Assembly: GCF_018977255.1 (NCBI RefSeq)
Contig: NW_024704744.1
Span: forward strand, 20,832,001-20,896,000
Direction: 5' to 3'
Source: Callorhinchus milii
Lineage: Eukaryota
DNA length: 64,000 nt
The notes beneath the pieces are model-generated. The model had not been told where the DNA came from, ran no database searches, and saw nothing but the letters and a program-made list of their open reading frames with translations. The position numbers were made by a program, and so were the translations under genes. This document shows, in pieces, positions 26,263-37,618 of the stretch (position 1 is its first letter; the number at the start of each line of letters is the position of its first letter).

Positions 26263-26573
26263 ATAATAATAATATTTGCATTTGATATAGCGCTTTTCAC
26301 ATCTTCTCGACGTCTCAAAGCGCTTCACAGAATAGACTGTAAAGTGAGTTGACCGTATGTTTGTGGGCGAAACCCGGCAGCCAATTGCACACAGCAGTGT
26401 CCCACAAACAGTCATGGATTGAAAATGACTAATTTATTATTGTTTTGTTTTGGAGGGATTATTATTAGGCATGTGGAGTAAGGAAACTTGTCCAAGGTTT
26501 CGTCCTGTCTGGAATTGAACCCAGGTCTCTTGTTTGCAAGGCAACTGCTCTAACCACTGAGCTACAGGACTCC
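26263..26573 (-). mobile_element. tRNA-headed SINE, short form
   Basis: Same family and same internal deletion as 25145-25456. Confidence 0.9.
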
Positions 26574-26799
26574 ACGGAACTGGGGCATGTTGGGGGGAGA
26601 GACTTTTAAGGACTAACAGAGAGGGGGGAGACAGGGCAAGGAAGACAAAGGAGAAAATGGGGTAGAGGACAGGGGATGATGGGTTAAAGAGGTGTTAATG
26701 ATGGAAACAATGAAGAGGATTGCAACAAAACAGGAGAATAGAGGTGTTAATCATCCCAAACAAAGTGGGGAAATTGAAACAAAATAGACAGACCGGAGA

Positions 26800-27118
26800 G
26801 AGAAAATGTGTGTCTGGGACCCAGATGATGTGGTAATGAACACCAGAGGAGGGAGAATGTGAGCTGTTATGGTCTGAAATTATTGAAATTAATATTGAGG
26901 TCAGAGGGCTGTAAAGTCCCCGGCAGATAAATGAGGCGCTGTTCCTCGAGCTTGTGCTGTGGCTCATTGGAACAGCATTATTCTGACAAAGTATTGTGGA
27001 ACCGAAACTTTGACTCACTTTCCTTTCTCCGTAGATGCTGCCTGACCCATGAGTGCTCCCAGCGACTTCTGTTTTTGTTTCAGATATCCAGCATCTGCAG
27101 TATTTTGCATTTTGTTTT
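26800..27118. mobile_element. Penelope-like element remnant
   Basis: 26980-27118 is the reverse complement of the repeat at 45585-45725 (GATGCTGCCTGACC...TCCAGCATCTGCAGTA); family assigned by resemblance. Confidence 0.6.
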
Positions 27119-27610
27119 CAGATCTTTAATATCCACTTGAACAGGCAGATGGAATCACAATTTAGCATCCAATACAAAAGACCTCTGACAAAGCAGTATT
27201 CTCCCAGTGCGCAATGGAATGTCAGCCTGCATTTTGAGCTCCCAATGTGGGGCATGAATCTACAACCTTTGGACCTGGTGGTGAGAGTACTACCAGTTGA
27301 GGCAAACAAACTTTGATTCATATTTATTGTGATTTTTTTGTGCACGTCAAAATGAGAAACGGGGAAGTACTACTTCCCCATTGCTGCATGAGTCATTCTA
27401 TGGCCTTTCAATTTATTCCATCAGTCCAATGTGTGCCCACTAAGAAATGACCGACTGAAAATGTCTTATTTGAAGGACAGCACCTCTAAAATTTAATTGT
27501 TTAACAACAAAATAAATACTTTCAAAAACAGTAATTCTTATTTGATGGAGGCACCCTTTTCCATTTAGTTGATAACAAGAGAAATGTAATGCTTGCAGAA
27601 TAAATACTTT

Positions 27611-28026
27611 ACAACAACAACAAGATTCCATTTATAGAGCGCCTTTCACGTCGGGAGGACGTCCCAAGGCGCTGGACAGTTGGTTCAGGATCCGAGCAGA
27701 GGGGAAATGGTCAGGGTGAGGGGAGGGAAGGGAGGGAACGAGGAGGGGGTAGAGAGTCGAGAGGGGAGCTGAAGGCACGGTCGAAGAGAAAGATCTTGAG
27801 ACCGGCCTTGAAGGAGGAGAGGGAGGAAGCAAGGCGAAGGCACTGGGGGATAGAGTTCCAGAGCCTCGGGGCTGAGAGGCTGAAGGCCCGGCCACCGATG
27901 GTAAGGCGGTTGGGGCTGGGGATGTGGAGCAGACCGGAGCCAAAGGAACGGAGGGTACGGGCAGGTAGTTAGGGGGATAGTAGGTCGGAGAGGTAGGAGG
28001 GAGCAAGGCCGTGAATGGCCTTGTAG
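27611..28026 (-). mobile_element. L2 LINE 3' fragment, young, closely similar to 9730-10196
   Basis: ORF 27632-28030 peptide is nearly the same as those of ORFs 9626-10084 and 9972-10163. Confidence 0.93.
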
Positions 28027-28310
28027 ACATTGAAAATGTATTTGGAGTCGAAGTTCTATTAATTATGAAATAAAAGGTAGCCTGAGCAGTCTTTTACATT
28101 GCTTTTCTTATTTTCCATGATCATCTTAGTGTTTCATTTCAACCTTAGGCAAGTTTTATTATTAACTTTAGTCCATTTTGTCTATCGCAGTTTCTTTCTC
28201 TCCTGTTTATCTATCCAGATTTAGTTAGTCTCTAAAACAAACGAGAACTTTCCGATACTTGTTAAAGTAATTCTATCCCTTTTCACCTGCTCTCTGCCAT
28301 CCCCTTTACA

Positions 28311-28620
28311 TAATAATAATAGTAATCCTTGCATTTGATATAGCATCGTATCACATCTTCCAGATGTCTCAAAGTGCTTCAGAGAATATAAAGTGAATTA
28401 ACTGTACATTTGTGGGCGAAATGCGACAGCCAATTGCGCACAGCAGTGTCCCACAAACAGTCGTGGATTGAAGTAACCAATTTATTATTGTTTTTTCTTG
28501 TGGGATTATTATCAGGCGTGTGGAATAAGGAAACTTGCCCAAGGTTTTGCCCTGCTGGGATTCAAATCCAGGTCTCTCGTTTGCGAAGTGAGTGCTTTAA
28601 CCACTGAGCTACAGGACTCC
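28311..28620 (-). mobile_element. tRNA-headed SINE, short form
   Basis: Same family and same internal deletion as 25145-25456. Confidence 0.9.
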
Positions 28621-28961
28621 AAATGTGAGTAAGAGGGAATGTCGAGTAACTTTCATTCAGGATTTCTTTCCCTCATTCCATTCCTGTGGGAAGGGGCTGG
28701 CTTCAACCTCGCAGCTCTTCACATATGTAGAGGATCAAGGTGCAAATTACTCTGAGGCACACGTAAGCATACATACTGAGCCACTCTCCATCTGGGAATG
28801 CATTTAATCTGCATCTACACACACTGAGGTAACTTATAATAATAATACTTGCATTTTATTTAGCGTTTATTGTGTCATCGAGATGTCTCAAAGCACTTCA
28901 CAGGATATACTGTAAAATGGATTGACTGTATTTTGGGTGCAAAAAGTGGGTGAAACATAAG

Positions 28962-29220
28962 CAACAACAATAAAATTACATTTATAGAGCGCCTTTCATG
29001 TTGGGAGGATGTCCCAAGATGTTGGACAGTCAGGGGTCAGGACCCGAGCATGGGGGAGGGGTGGGGTAGGGGTGAGGGAAGGCAGAGAGGTGGAAGGGCG
29101 ACCAAAGGTACAATCAAAGAGGAGTGTCTTGAGACCGGCCTTGAAGGAGGCAAGGGAGGAAGCGAGGCGGAGGTACTGTGGGAGGTGTTTCAAAGTGTGG
29201 GGGCAGAGAGGCTGAAGATG
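28962..29220 (-). mobile_element. L2 LINE 3' fragment
   Basis: ASSLASFKAGLKTLLFD on the minus strand; L2 tail. Confidence 0.85.
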
Positions 29221-30209
29221 CAGAGTCAGAATTAAAAAGTGTGTCAGCTCCAAAAATGCCATCAAACAGCATAACCACCAGATCAAGCATTCAACAACAA
29301 CTACAAATTACATTTGTATAGCCCCTTTCACACCAGGAGCACGTCCCAAACCGTTCATCATGTTGTCACGGTCCCCCGTTTTGTTTTCTATGCCTGTCTG
29401 TTCTTTAAATATATTGAGTACCACTTTAAAGACATTTGTTTTCTGTATTTAATATTTTTGATGCTTATGGTGCCATCAAGTCTGATTCTAGGGTCGATTG
29501 TAACAATTTCACAGGTAACTAACTATCTATAATTTGCATCAATGGACAGGAAGGTGTAATGTCTCCCTAGTGGGTCAGTTAAAGGATGATTTTGACTGGA
29601 CCATAAGAAAGGCACCAATTCATCAAGTAATTCAGGGAGGGGCTCAATGCCAATAAAAGAACGAGTGCCATGCGTTATTTTTCTACCTGATGAAAATAAA
29701 GGTACATGCTCTGACTATTGATGAGTAGTAGTCAGAGGTTGGTTCTTTGTGCATTTTACAGTAATTTTATTACAAGTGGCTGCTAGAGTATGTAGTTTAA
29801 GTGTGATTAATGTTTGTTATCTCATAGTTGTGTTTGTTGATACTTATCATGTTGTTTAAGATTTAACGCCGAGGGTTGTGGATTTCATCAAAGTTACAAT
29901 AAAGTTCCGTTGAGCTAACTTAACCGTGCTTAACTTGAGTTTTCTGTATAAGTCAAAGGAGGGAATACACAAACAGGTTCAGCCTAGGCCACAGAGGTAT
30001 AAAATAAACTTCTGATTGAATGAAATTTCTCCAATTTGGTTTAATTTAAATAGCAATTGGTAGTACCTGTCATTGTGGAAGAAATCAATAGTCAAGTTGC
30101 ACCTAGTTATAGGGACTTGCATTCATTAGTGAAGATTGAACACAGAGGCCACCCAATACACTGCGAGGGAGAGCGAGCCATATTGTGTACATGTAAGGGT
30201 GGTAGCCGA

Positions 30210-30729
30210 TTTTCTCAGCTCCACCATTCACAAGATCCAGCTCATTCAAAATTCTGCTACCCACATACTGACTCGGCCCAATCTCTGTACCAACATCTCA
30301 CCAGTTCTGGTCAGGCTCCACTGGCTCCCCATCATGGAACAAATCAACTTCAAGATCGTCACACTCGTGTTCAAATCCATTCACTCCCTGACACCTCCCT
30401 ACCTCTCCAACCTCCTCACTCCCCAATCCACTACCTGGCGACTCCACTCAACTGGCACCAGCTGCTCGTCCCTCGCACCCTTCGCCCCACCATCGGAGTT
30501 TGTGCTTTCAGCCACAACGCCCCAAATCTCTGGACCACTCTCCCTCAATTCCTCCACCTTGCCCCCTCTTTCCCCTCTTTCAAATCCCGCCTGAAAACTT
30601 TCCTCTTCGACCGTCCTTACGGCTACTTTCCCCCACCCCGTGTTTGGAGACAGGCTCCACCATTGTTAAGCGCTCTGAGACACTACCCTGCGTGGAGAGC
30701 ACTATATAAATGCAAGTTGTTGTTGTTGA
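30210..30729 (+). mobile_element. L2 LINE 3' fragment
   Basis: IQLIQNSATHIL...LHWLPIMEQINFKI; SFKSRLKTFLFD; (TTG)n tail. Confidence 0.9.
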
Positions 30730-31734
30730 TAGAACCATCTCAACATAATCTGTGCTTGCTTCAGGGAAAACCTTGTGCGGCATTCCTACTTACAAGACCT
30801 CGGCTTCAACAACATCTCAGATCAGAGCTAAAGTTTCACGAGTTATGACATCAGGCGAATTCTGTGCAGAAAACTCATTTTATGTAAAGCAACAGTTACA
30901 CTGTTTGATCGCTCTTTGAGTCCCATCAAATAATCACAAGAGAGATTCCGATAAAGAAGGCACTTTGATCATATCTCAAAAGAACCAACTTTCATATAAG
31001 CACACAGAGAGCCCACTTTATATTTATGATTCAGAATACCACTGCTGTAACTAATACTTGTCAGGAGCATAGTGTAAGTGTAAAAATCACTTTTAGGCAC
31101 CAGGTTCATGATTATAAATAGTTTGTTGCATGGCTTCACACAATAAAAATGTCAGTGAAGAAATTGCCTGATAATCGAAGTTGCTTTGGAGTATTTCTGG
31201 AGGATATCCAGACGAACCATCCTTAAAGTCAGCCTCACACAGGTAGGTTAATGTGTGCATGTAGACTCGAGAAAGGATTCCATATCTTGCAGAGCAGGCC
31301 CAGACATTGTCTCATCATGTACATTACTTTATCCAGAGGCAAAATTTCCAGCAGTGACAGTGGGGAGGGTGGGGGAGATGGGAATCCTTAGTCATTTCTC
31401 CATTCCTACTGCTGCTCTCATGACTAGTTTAAATGTACAGCTGCTCCACCTGGTCTACTTCTCTAAACTCATTGCAGTACACAATCAAGCTGTATCTAAG
31501 TCAAAGCAGTTCTGACTAATATGGTTATGATGATGTGTATTTTCCTGCAACCAAGGGCGACACGGAAACACAGACGAAACCTCTGGAGGAATGTTGCTCA
31601 CTCTGCAGAGAGCCTGGAAGAATATGTGCAGACATTCTGCCCATAGTCACACCTGTATAGTAGAATCTATGTAGCAATTTGGAAAGCATCTCTAGATGTT
31701 GGGTTCTCGCTACAGATCAAATGCATTGTTCCTT

Positions 31735-32335
31735 TATATATTTAGATTTTGTTCCCATATTAAATAAATGGAAATATTTGAAAGGGTCTCATCATGCACT
31801 TTATACTCCCCAAAGTATAAACATAATCATTTGTCAAATTTTAGTTTCTCATTAGTGTCACAGGTAGGTTTCTGTAACTGCAATGTTTTTGGACATTTTG
31901 AATTTGTAGGAATAATAATCCTTGCATTTGATACAATCCTTTATTGCTTTGTTAAAGTTAGATAAAGTTCCTGAAATAATATGCTATTCTATTAAAATAA
32001 TTGAGTGCACATGGGGCAACATGCATTTCTGCTCCCTTTGTTTTTGAAATGCCTGTGAGGATATGTACTACAATAAGGCAAAATCGATAATAATTATCCT
32101 TCCATTTGATATAGTGCCTTATCACATTGGCAAAATGCCTCAAATATATTCACAACATTTTACTGTGAAGTGCAGTGACAGTATTTTGTAGGCCAATGCA
32201 GCAGTCAATTTGCGACCAGCAATGTCTAAAATTTGACAAATGATTATGCTTATACTTTTGGGAGTATAAAGTGCATGATGAGACCCTTTCAAATATTTCC
32301 ATTTATTTAATATGGGAACAAAATCTAAATATATA
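31735..32335. repeat. Inverted repeat with 110-bp arms (31735-31844 and 32226-32335)
   Basis: Arms are reverse complements with 2 mismatches; 381-bp spacer. Confidence 0.93.
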
Positions 32336-34188
32336 GAAAGGATCTGTAGCTAGAAGGACCACTGTTGGTATGCATTATGATAAGACAATATTATTATTAA
32401 TAAAGAAATAATCATAATCCTTGTATTTGCAGTTGCAGTTAGTAATTAACCAGTTTTCTTTTATTGAGAGAAGAGAGATAAGTGTGTTGCTTTTATATTG
32501 TCTGCTCCTACTTTATGCTGTTCAAAGCTGAACTTCAATTCAAAGAGATTTGCAGTGCTAAGAATATCAACTAATCAGCATTTATGGCTTTAATGAGTCA
32601 CATTTGGGATAAAAAATTGCATCCAAAATTAGTTTGGTTCTTAAAAATGGCCAAATATATTGCCTACATTTTTTAATGGATGATCCAACCATCATAACCG
32701 GGAGAGTAAATCTTCCTACATAACTGAGACTCATACAGTTATAATGCATTAGATTACCGTGTTTTCCACAGTCAGTGCTGTACAGATTTATTTTCTGGGA
32801 TCTTCACTATTTTCACACTATATGGAGTCTGTAGCTCAGTGGTTAGAGCGCTCGCCTCGCAAGCGAGAGACCTGGGTTTTATTCCCGGCAGGGCAAAATG
32901 TTGGCAAGTTTCCTAACTCCACAAACCTCCGTTTACCTAGCAGTAAGTAGGAATCCGGCTGTTAGTCAATTGGCAGATCGCTTTTCCGGGGATAATAATC
33001 CCTCAAGAAAAAAACAATAATAATTTGGTCACTCAATCCACGACTGTTTGTGGGACACTACCTTGCGCAATTGGCTGTCGTGTTTCGCCCACAAATATAC
33101 GGTCAATTCACTTTACAGTGTGTTCTGTGAAGCGCTTTGGGACGTCCTCCCGACGTGAAAAGCGCTATATCAAATGCAAGGATTATTATTATTATTATAT
33201 AGTGCCTTATCACATTGGCAAAATGCCTCAAATATATTCACAACATTTTACTGTGAAGTGCAGTGACAGTATTTTGTAGGCCAATGCAGCAGTCAATTTG
33301 CGACCAGCAATGTCTAAAATTTGACAAATGATTATGCTTATACTTTTGGGAGTATAAAGTGCATGATGAGACCCTTTCAAATATTTCCATTTATTTAATA
33401 TGGGAACAAAATCTAAATATATAGAAAGGATCTGTAGCTAGAAGGACCACTGTTGGTATGCATTATGATAAGACAATATTATTATTAATAAAGAAATAAT
33501 CATAATCCTTGTATTTGCAGTTGCAGTTAGTAATTAACCAGTTTTCTTTTATTGAGAGAAGAGAGATAAGTGTGTTGCTTTTATATTGTCTGCTCCTACT
33601 TTATGCTGTTCAAAGCTGAACTTCAATTCAAAGAGATTTGCAGTGCTAAGAATATCAACTAATCAGCATTTATGGCTTTAATGAGTCACATTTGGGATAA
33701 AAAATTGCATCCAAAATTAGTTTGGTTCTTAAAAATGGCCAAATATATTGCCTACATTTTTTAATGGATGATCCAACCATCATAACCGGGAGAGTAAATC
33801 TTCCTACATAACTGAGACTCATACAGTTATAATGCATTAGATTACCGTGTTTTCCACAGTCAGTGCTGTACAGATTTATTTTCTGGGATCTTCACTATTT
33901 TCACACTATATGGAGTCTGTAGCTCAGTGGTTAGAGCGCTCGCCTCGCAAGCGAGAGACCTGGGTTTTATTCCCGGCAGGGCAAAATGTTGGCAAGTTTC
34001 CTAACTCCACAAACCTCCGTTTACCTAGCAGTAAGTAGGAATCCGGCTGTTAGTCAATTGGCAGATCGCTTTTCCGGGGATAATAATCCCTCAAGAAAAA
34101 AACAATAATAATTTGGTCACTCAATCCACGACTGTTTGTGGGACACTACCTTGCGCAATTGGCTGTCGTGTTTCGCCCACAAATATAC
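32109..34188. repeat. Tandem duplication, period 1088 (32109-33100 = 33197-34188)
   Basis: No differences seen by eye over 992 bp; identical ORFs at 32759 and 33847. Confidence 0.96.
32824..33196 (+). mobile_element. tRNA-headed SINE, long form, young-type tail
   Basis: Full head, core and (ATT)n tail. Confidence 0.93.
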
Positions 34189-34208
34189 AGACAATTTACT
34201 TTACAGTA
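33912..34208 (+). mobile_element. tRNA-headed SINE, 3'-truncated next to an L2
   Basis: Identical to the 32824 copy up to 34188, then diverges. Confidence 0.9.
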
Positions 34209-34218
34209 AAGTGCTAAA

Positions 34219-36106
34219 TCGTCGTTCTACTCGAAGACAATCTTGGAAGCTAAAGACAACCCCAGACTCCTCTTCTCCATCATGAACTGGTTCCTCCACC
34301 CACCCTTTCACACCTCACCCTTCCTCACCTCAAATGCCAACTGCGAGGCGATGCTGGACTTCCTTGAATCCAAAGTCAAGGGAATACTCTCCGCTGTCCC
34401 TGCAACTGCTACCTCTTCCCCATCTCCTCCCACCCTAGCCCCTACCCACCCCTCCCTCTACACCTTTTAACCTGTTTCCCCCTCCTCTCTCATCACCACC
34501 ATAACCCATATGAAACCCACAACCTGCTGCCTCGACCCCATCCCAATCCCCCTCCTTACCTCCCAGCTCCACCTTCTTGCCCCTCTACTCATTGACATTG
34601 TTAACCTCTCCCTGTCCTCTGGTACTGATCACTCCTATCCTTAAAAAACACCCTGGACCCTTCTCTACTCCCTAACTACCGCCCCATCTTCAACCTCCCC
34701 TTCCTCTCCAAGGTCCTGGAATGAGTTGTTGCTTCTCAGCTTTGCTCCTTCCTCTCCCGCCACTCCCTTTTTGAACCCTTCCAAATGGGCTTCCGTGCCG
34801 CCAACAGCACAGAAACTGCTCTGGTCAAAGTGACAAATGACTTTCTGTTCATTTACGACCAGGGCTCCCTCTGCCTCCTCATCCTCCTTGAACTCTCTGC
34901 TGCTTTCGACACCATTGACCACTCTATCCTCATCCACCGCCTCTCCTCTCACCTCAACCTCCACGGCGTTGTTCTTGATTGGTTCAGATCGTACCTCTCA
35001 CACCACCTGCACTTCATCTCCTCAAACGGTTTCTCCTCTAGCCCCCGGACCGTTTTCTGCGGCGTCCCTCAGGGCTCTGTCCTTGGTCCCCTCCTCTTCA
35101 ATATCTATATGCTCCGTCTTGGTGACATTATCCGCAGACATGGGGTCAATTTCCATGTGTATGCGAAACACCCCCAAGTGTACCTCTCTGCCTCCACCCT
35201 TGAATCCAGGACCACTGCTGTGCTGACAGAATGTCTGTCGGACATCAAGTCCTGGATGAGAGCTAACTTTCTTCAGTTGAACGTCAACAAGACCGAGGCT
35301 CTCCTGATTGGCTCTCATCAGCGCCTCCTCACCTCAGGCGCTGATAGCATCACCATCCTTGGTTGCACACTCCACCTTGCTAAGCCAGTCCAGAACCTTG
35401 GCATCTTGTTCAACCTTCAACTATTCTTTCTATCCCGCATCTGCGCCATGACCTGCTCTGCCTTCTGCCACCTCAGCAACATCGCCCGGCTCACACCACA
35501 GGCCGCCGAAATCCTCATACACGCCTTCATTACATCGAGGCTCAACTATGCATCTCACTGCTTGTTGGCCTCCCCAACTCCTCCCTCCACAGGCTGCAGA
35601 TCATCCAGAACTTTGCAGCCCGTGTCTTCTTCCGCACTAGTCTCCGCGACCCTATCACCCAACTCCACTGGCTTCCCATAGGATGCAGTTCAAGATCCTG
35701 GTCCTCATCTTCAAAGCCCTCCAGGGTCTTGCTCCCCCCTACCTCTGTGACGTCCTAACCCCTTACCACTCTGTTCACTCCCTCTGCTCAGAGGGCTCCA
35801 ACCTGCTTCACATCCCCCACTTTGCTTGCTCCACTATTGGTGGGTGAGCCTTCCCCCACACTGCACCCATCCTTTGGAACACCATCCCGCAGTCCCTCCA
35901 TCTCACCCCCTACCTCATCACCTTCGAGACCCACCTCAAGACCCTCCTCTTCGACCGTGCTTTTGATCTCCCCTGCTTTCCCCCATGCGCTACAACCTCC
36001 CTGACCCCGACCCTCAGCTCGGGTCCATAACTCTGTCTGTCCAGTGGCTTGGGACGTCCTCCTGATGTGAAAGGTGCTATACAAATGTAATTTTGTTGTT
36101 GTTGTT
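34219..36106 (+). mobile_element. L2 LINE ORF2 fragment including the reverse transcriptase domain, inactive
   Basis: GFRAANSTETALVKVTND, LSAAFDTIDH, GVPQGSVLGPLLF; catalytic YADD reads YAKH (35160-35171); stops and frameshifts. Confidence 0.96.
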
Positions 36107-36659
36107 CTGAAGAACGTCCCTCTTTGACTGTTTTTGGTCATCTTTCCCTTCCCCACACCTCCTCGGCTCCCACTAGCACCTGTGTCCAGCCAGCATTTCA
36201 AGATATCTTCCTGACGTGAAAGGCGCTATATAAATGTAAATTGTGTTTCTACACAAATGGTGTTGGAATGAAGACGAAAATTAGATATGTCATCTCATAA
36301 AGGATCTTCATTCTTCAATCAGAAGTACCCTCCAGTAATGAATTTCCAACTCTCTGAGAGTACATATCATATAGAGATATTAAGATTGTCTCTATGATAT
36401 TTAGATTGTTACTGTGTTCTGCCTTCACTGACAAAAGAAGTAATCTATCAACACAAATAAAATAAAATAACTATAATAATAATAATGAGAGAAAGATCAC
36501 AGAATTTATATTACAAAAGATATGAATATTAGAATCATCTTAAAGAACACAAGAAAATATAGAATGAGTAAAGGTAGGTTAGCCTATGAAGCTTATTCCT
36601 TCCAGATATTCCTACTGTGGTCCCCATCTTCCCCATTGCATCTCCTGGAAAATGTTATG

Positions 36660-36990
36660 GCTAGAACTGGTGTGATAGGGGAGTTTAACGGTGAGTATGC
36701 GGGCGGCAGAGGTTTGGATCAGCTGGGTCCTGTGTATGGTGGAGCTGGGGAGATTGGCGAAGAGGACATTTTGAAAGTTCGAGTCGGGAGGTGACGAATG
36801 CATGCACCAGGGTTTTGACTCTGTCTGGGGTAAGGTACAGTCGGAGGCGGGCAATATGGCGGAGGTGGACGAAGGTGATCCTGGTCAGGGACCGGATGAG
36901 GGGAAGGAAGGACAGCTGTGGGTCTAACCTGACGCCCAGGTTGCACACTGGTTCGGTGAGTCTGAGGAATAGACAGATGATATGGTAATG
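36660..36990 (-). mobile_element. L2 LINE internal fragment immediately upstream of the sdc1 promoter
   Basis: VCNLGVRLDPQLSF...HLRHIARLRLYLT...TLVHAFVTSRLE. Confidence 0.9.
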
Positions 36991-37027
36991 GTTCCACAGC
37001 GATATCAGTAAATGGGTCATTCTACTC

Positions 37028-37229
37028 TATAATAATCCCTCCAAAAACCAAAAACAATAATAAATTGGTCATTTTCAATCTACGACTGTTTGTGGGACAT
37101 TGCTGTGCGCAATTGGCTGCCGCGTTCGCCCACAAATATACAGTCAATTCACTTTACAGTGTGTTCTGTGAAGCGCTTTGGGACGTCCTCCCATCAAATG
37201 CAAGGATTATTATTATTATTATTATTATA
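37028..37229 (+). mobile_element. 5'-truncated tRNA-headed-family SINE
   Basis: Core and (ATT)n tail. Confidence 0.88.
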
Positions 37230-37419
37230 TCTCTCAATCTTTTTCGCAAGCAAGACAAACGTCCGGCCAATATGGTTAAATTATCCTGTTGTCCAGTTTA
37301 ATTTCTGTTTGGTTTCAGTGCTCCCAGGAGCCTGACGAACTATTCCCGAAGAAGCCTTTGCAAAGTTGCAGTGAGTTTACTGCAGGTGTAACCAGGTCCT
37401 GCTGGAGCTTGGGATGTTG

Positions 37420-37564
37420 CCTGTTTAAGAGTGGGCGGGTCAGGCTGGAGAGGCAGAGCCAGTACATTAGTCAGAAACCATTGGGAATTGTCTCAGTTCA
37501 GGCACTTTAACGAAGAGTCGGTACGATTTCCCTCAAAGGAAAGAGAGTGACAGAGGGAAGGAAG
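37420..37564 (+). promoter_or_regulatory. Putative sdc1 core promoter / 5' UTR
   Basis: TTTAAGA (37424-37430) and GC box GGGCGG (37433-37438) ~130 nt upstream of the predicted ATG. Confidence 0.45.
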
Positions 37565-37618
37565 ATGAGGATCTCAGGTGTTAGTGTGGCTTCAGTGGGA
37601 TGTGTCCTGATGTTGCTG
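37565..37618 (+). CDS. sdc1: Syndecan exon 1, signal peptide (MRISGVSVASVGCVLMLL)
   Basis: gaagATG with A at -3; hydrophobic peptide; consensus donor CTG|GTGAGT in phase 0, matching exon 2 and completing a plausible signal peptide (...MLLVITTTKITEA); long first intron is typical of syndecans. Confidence 0.78.

Noticed and set aside
32824-32895. tRNA-Ala gene (also similar heads at 22001 and 44581)
   Set aside because: Each runs directly into a SINE body and tail and has mismatched stems; these are SINE heads, not tRNA genes.
34785-35681. 298-aa reverse-transcriptase ORF as an active or domesticated RT system
   Set aside because: It is an L2 ORF2 fragment with YADD mutated to YAKH, an upstream stop and frameshifts; no retron- or DGR-like context.
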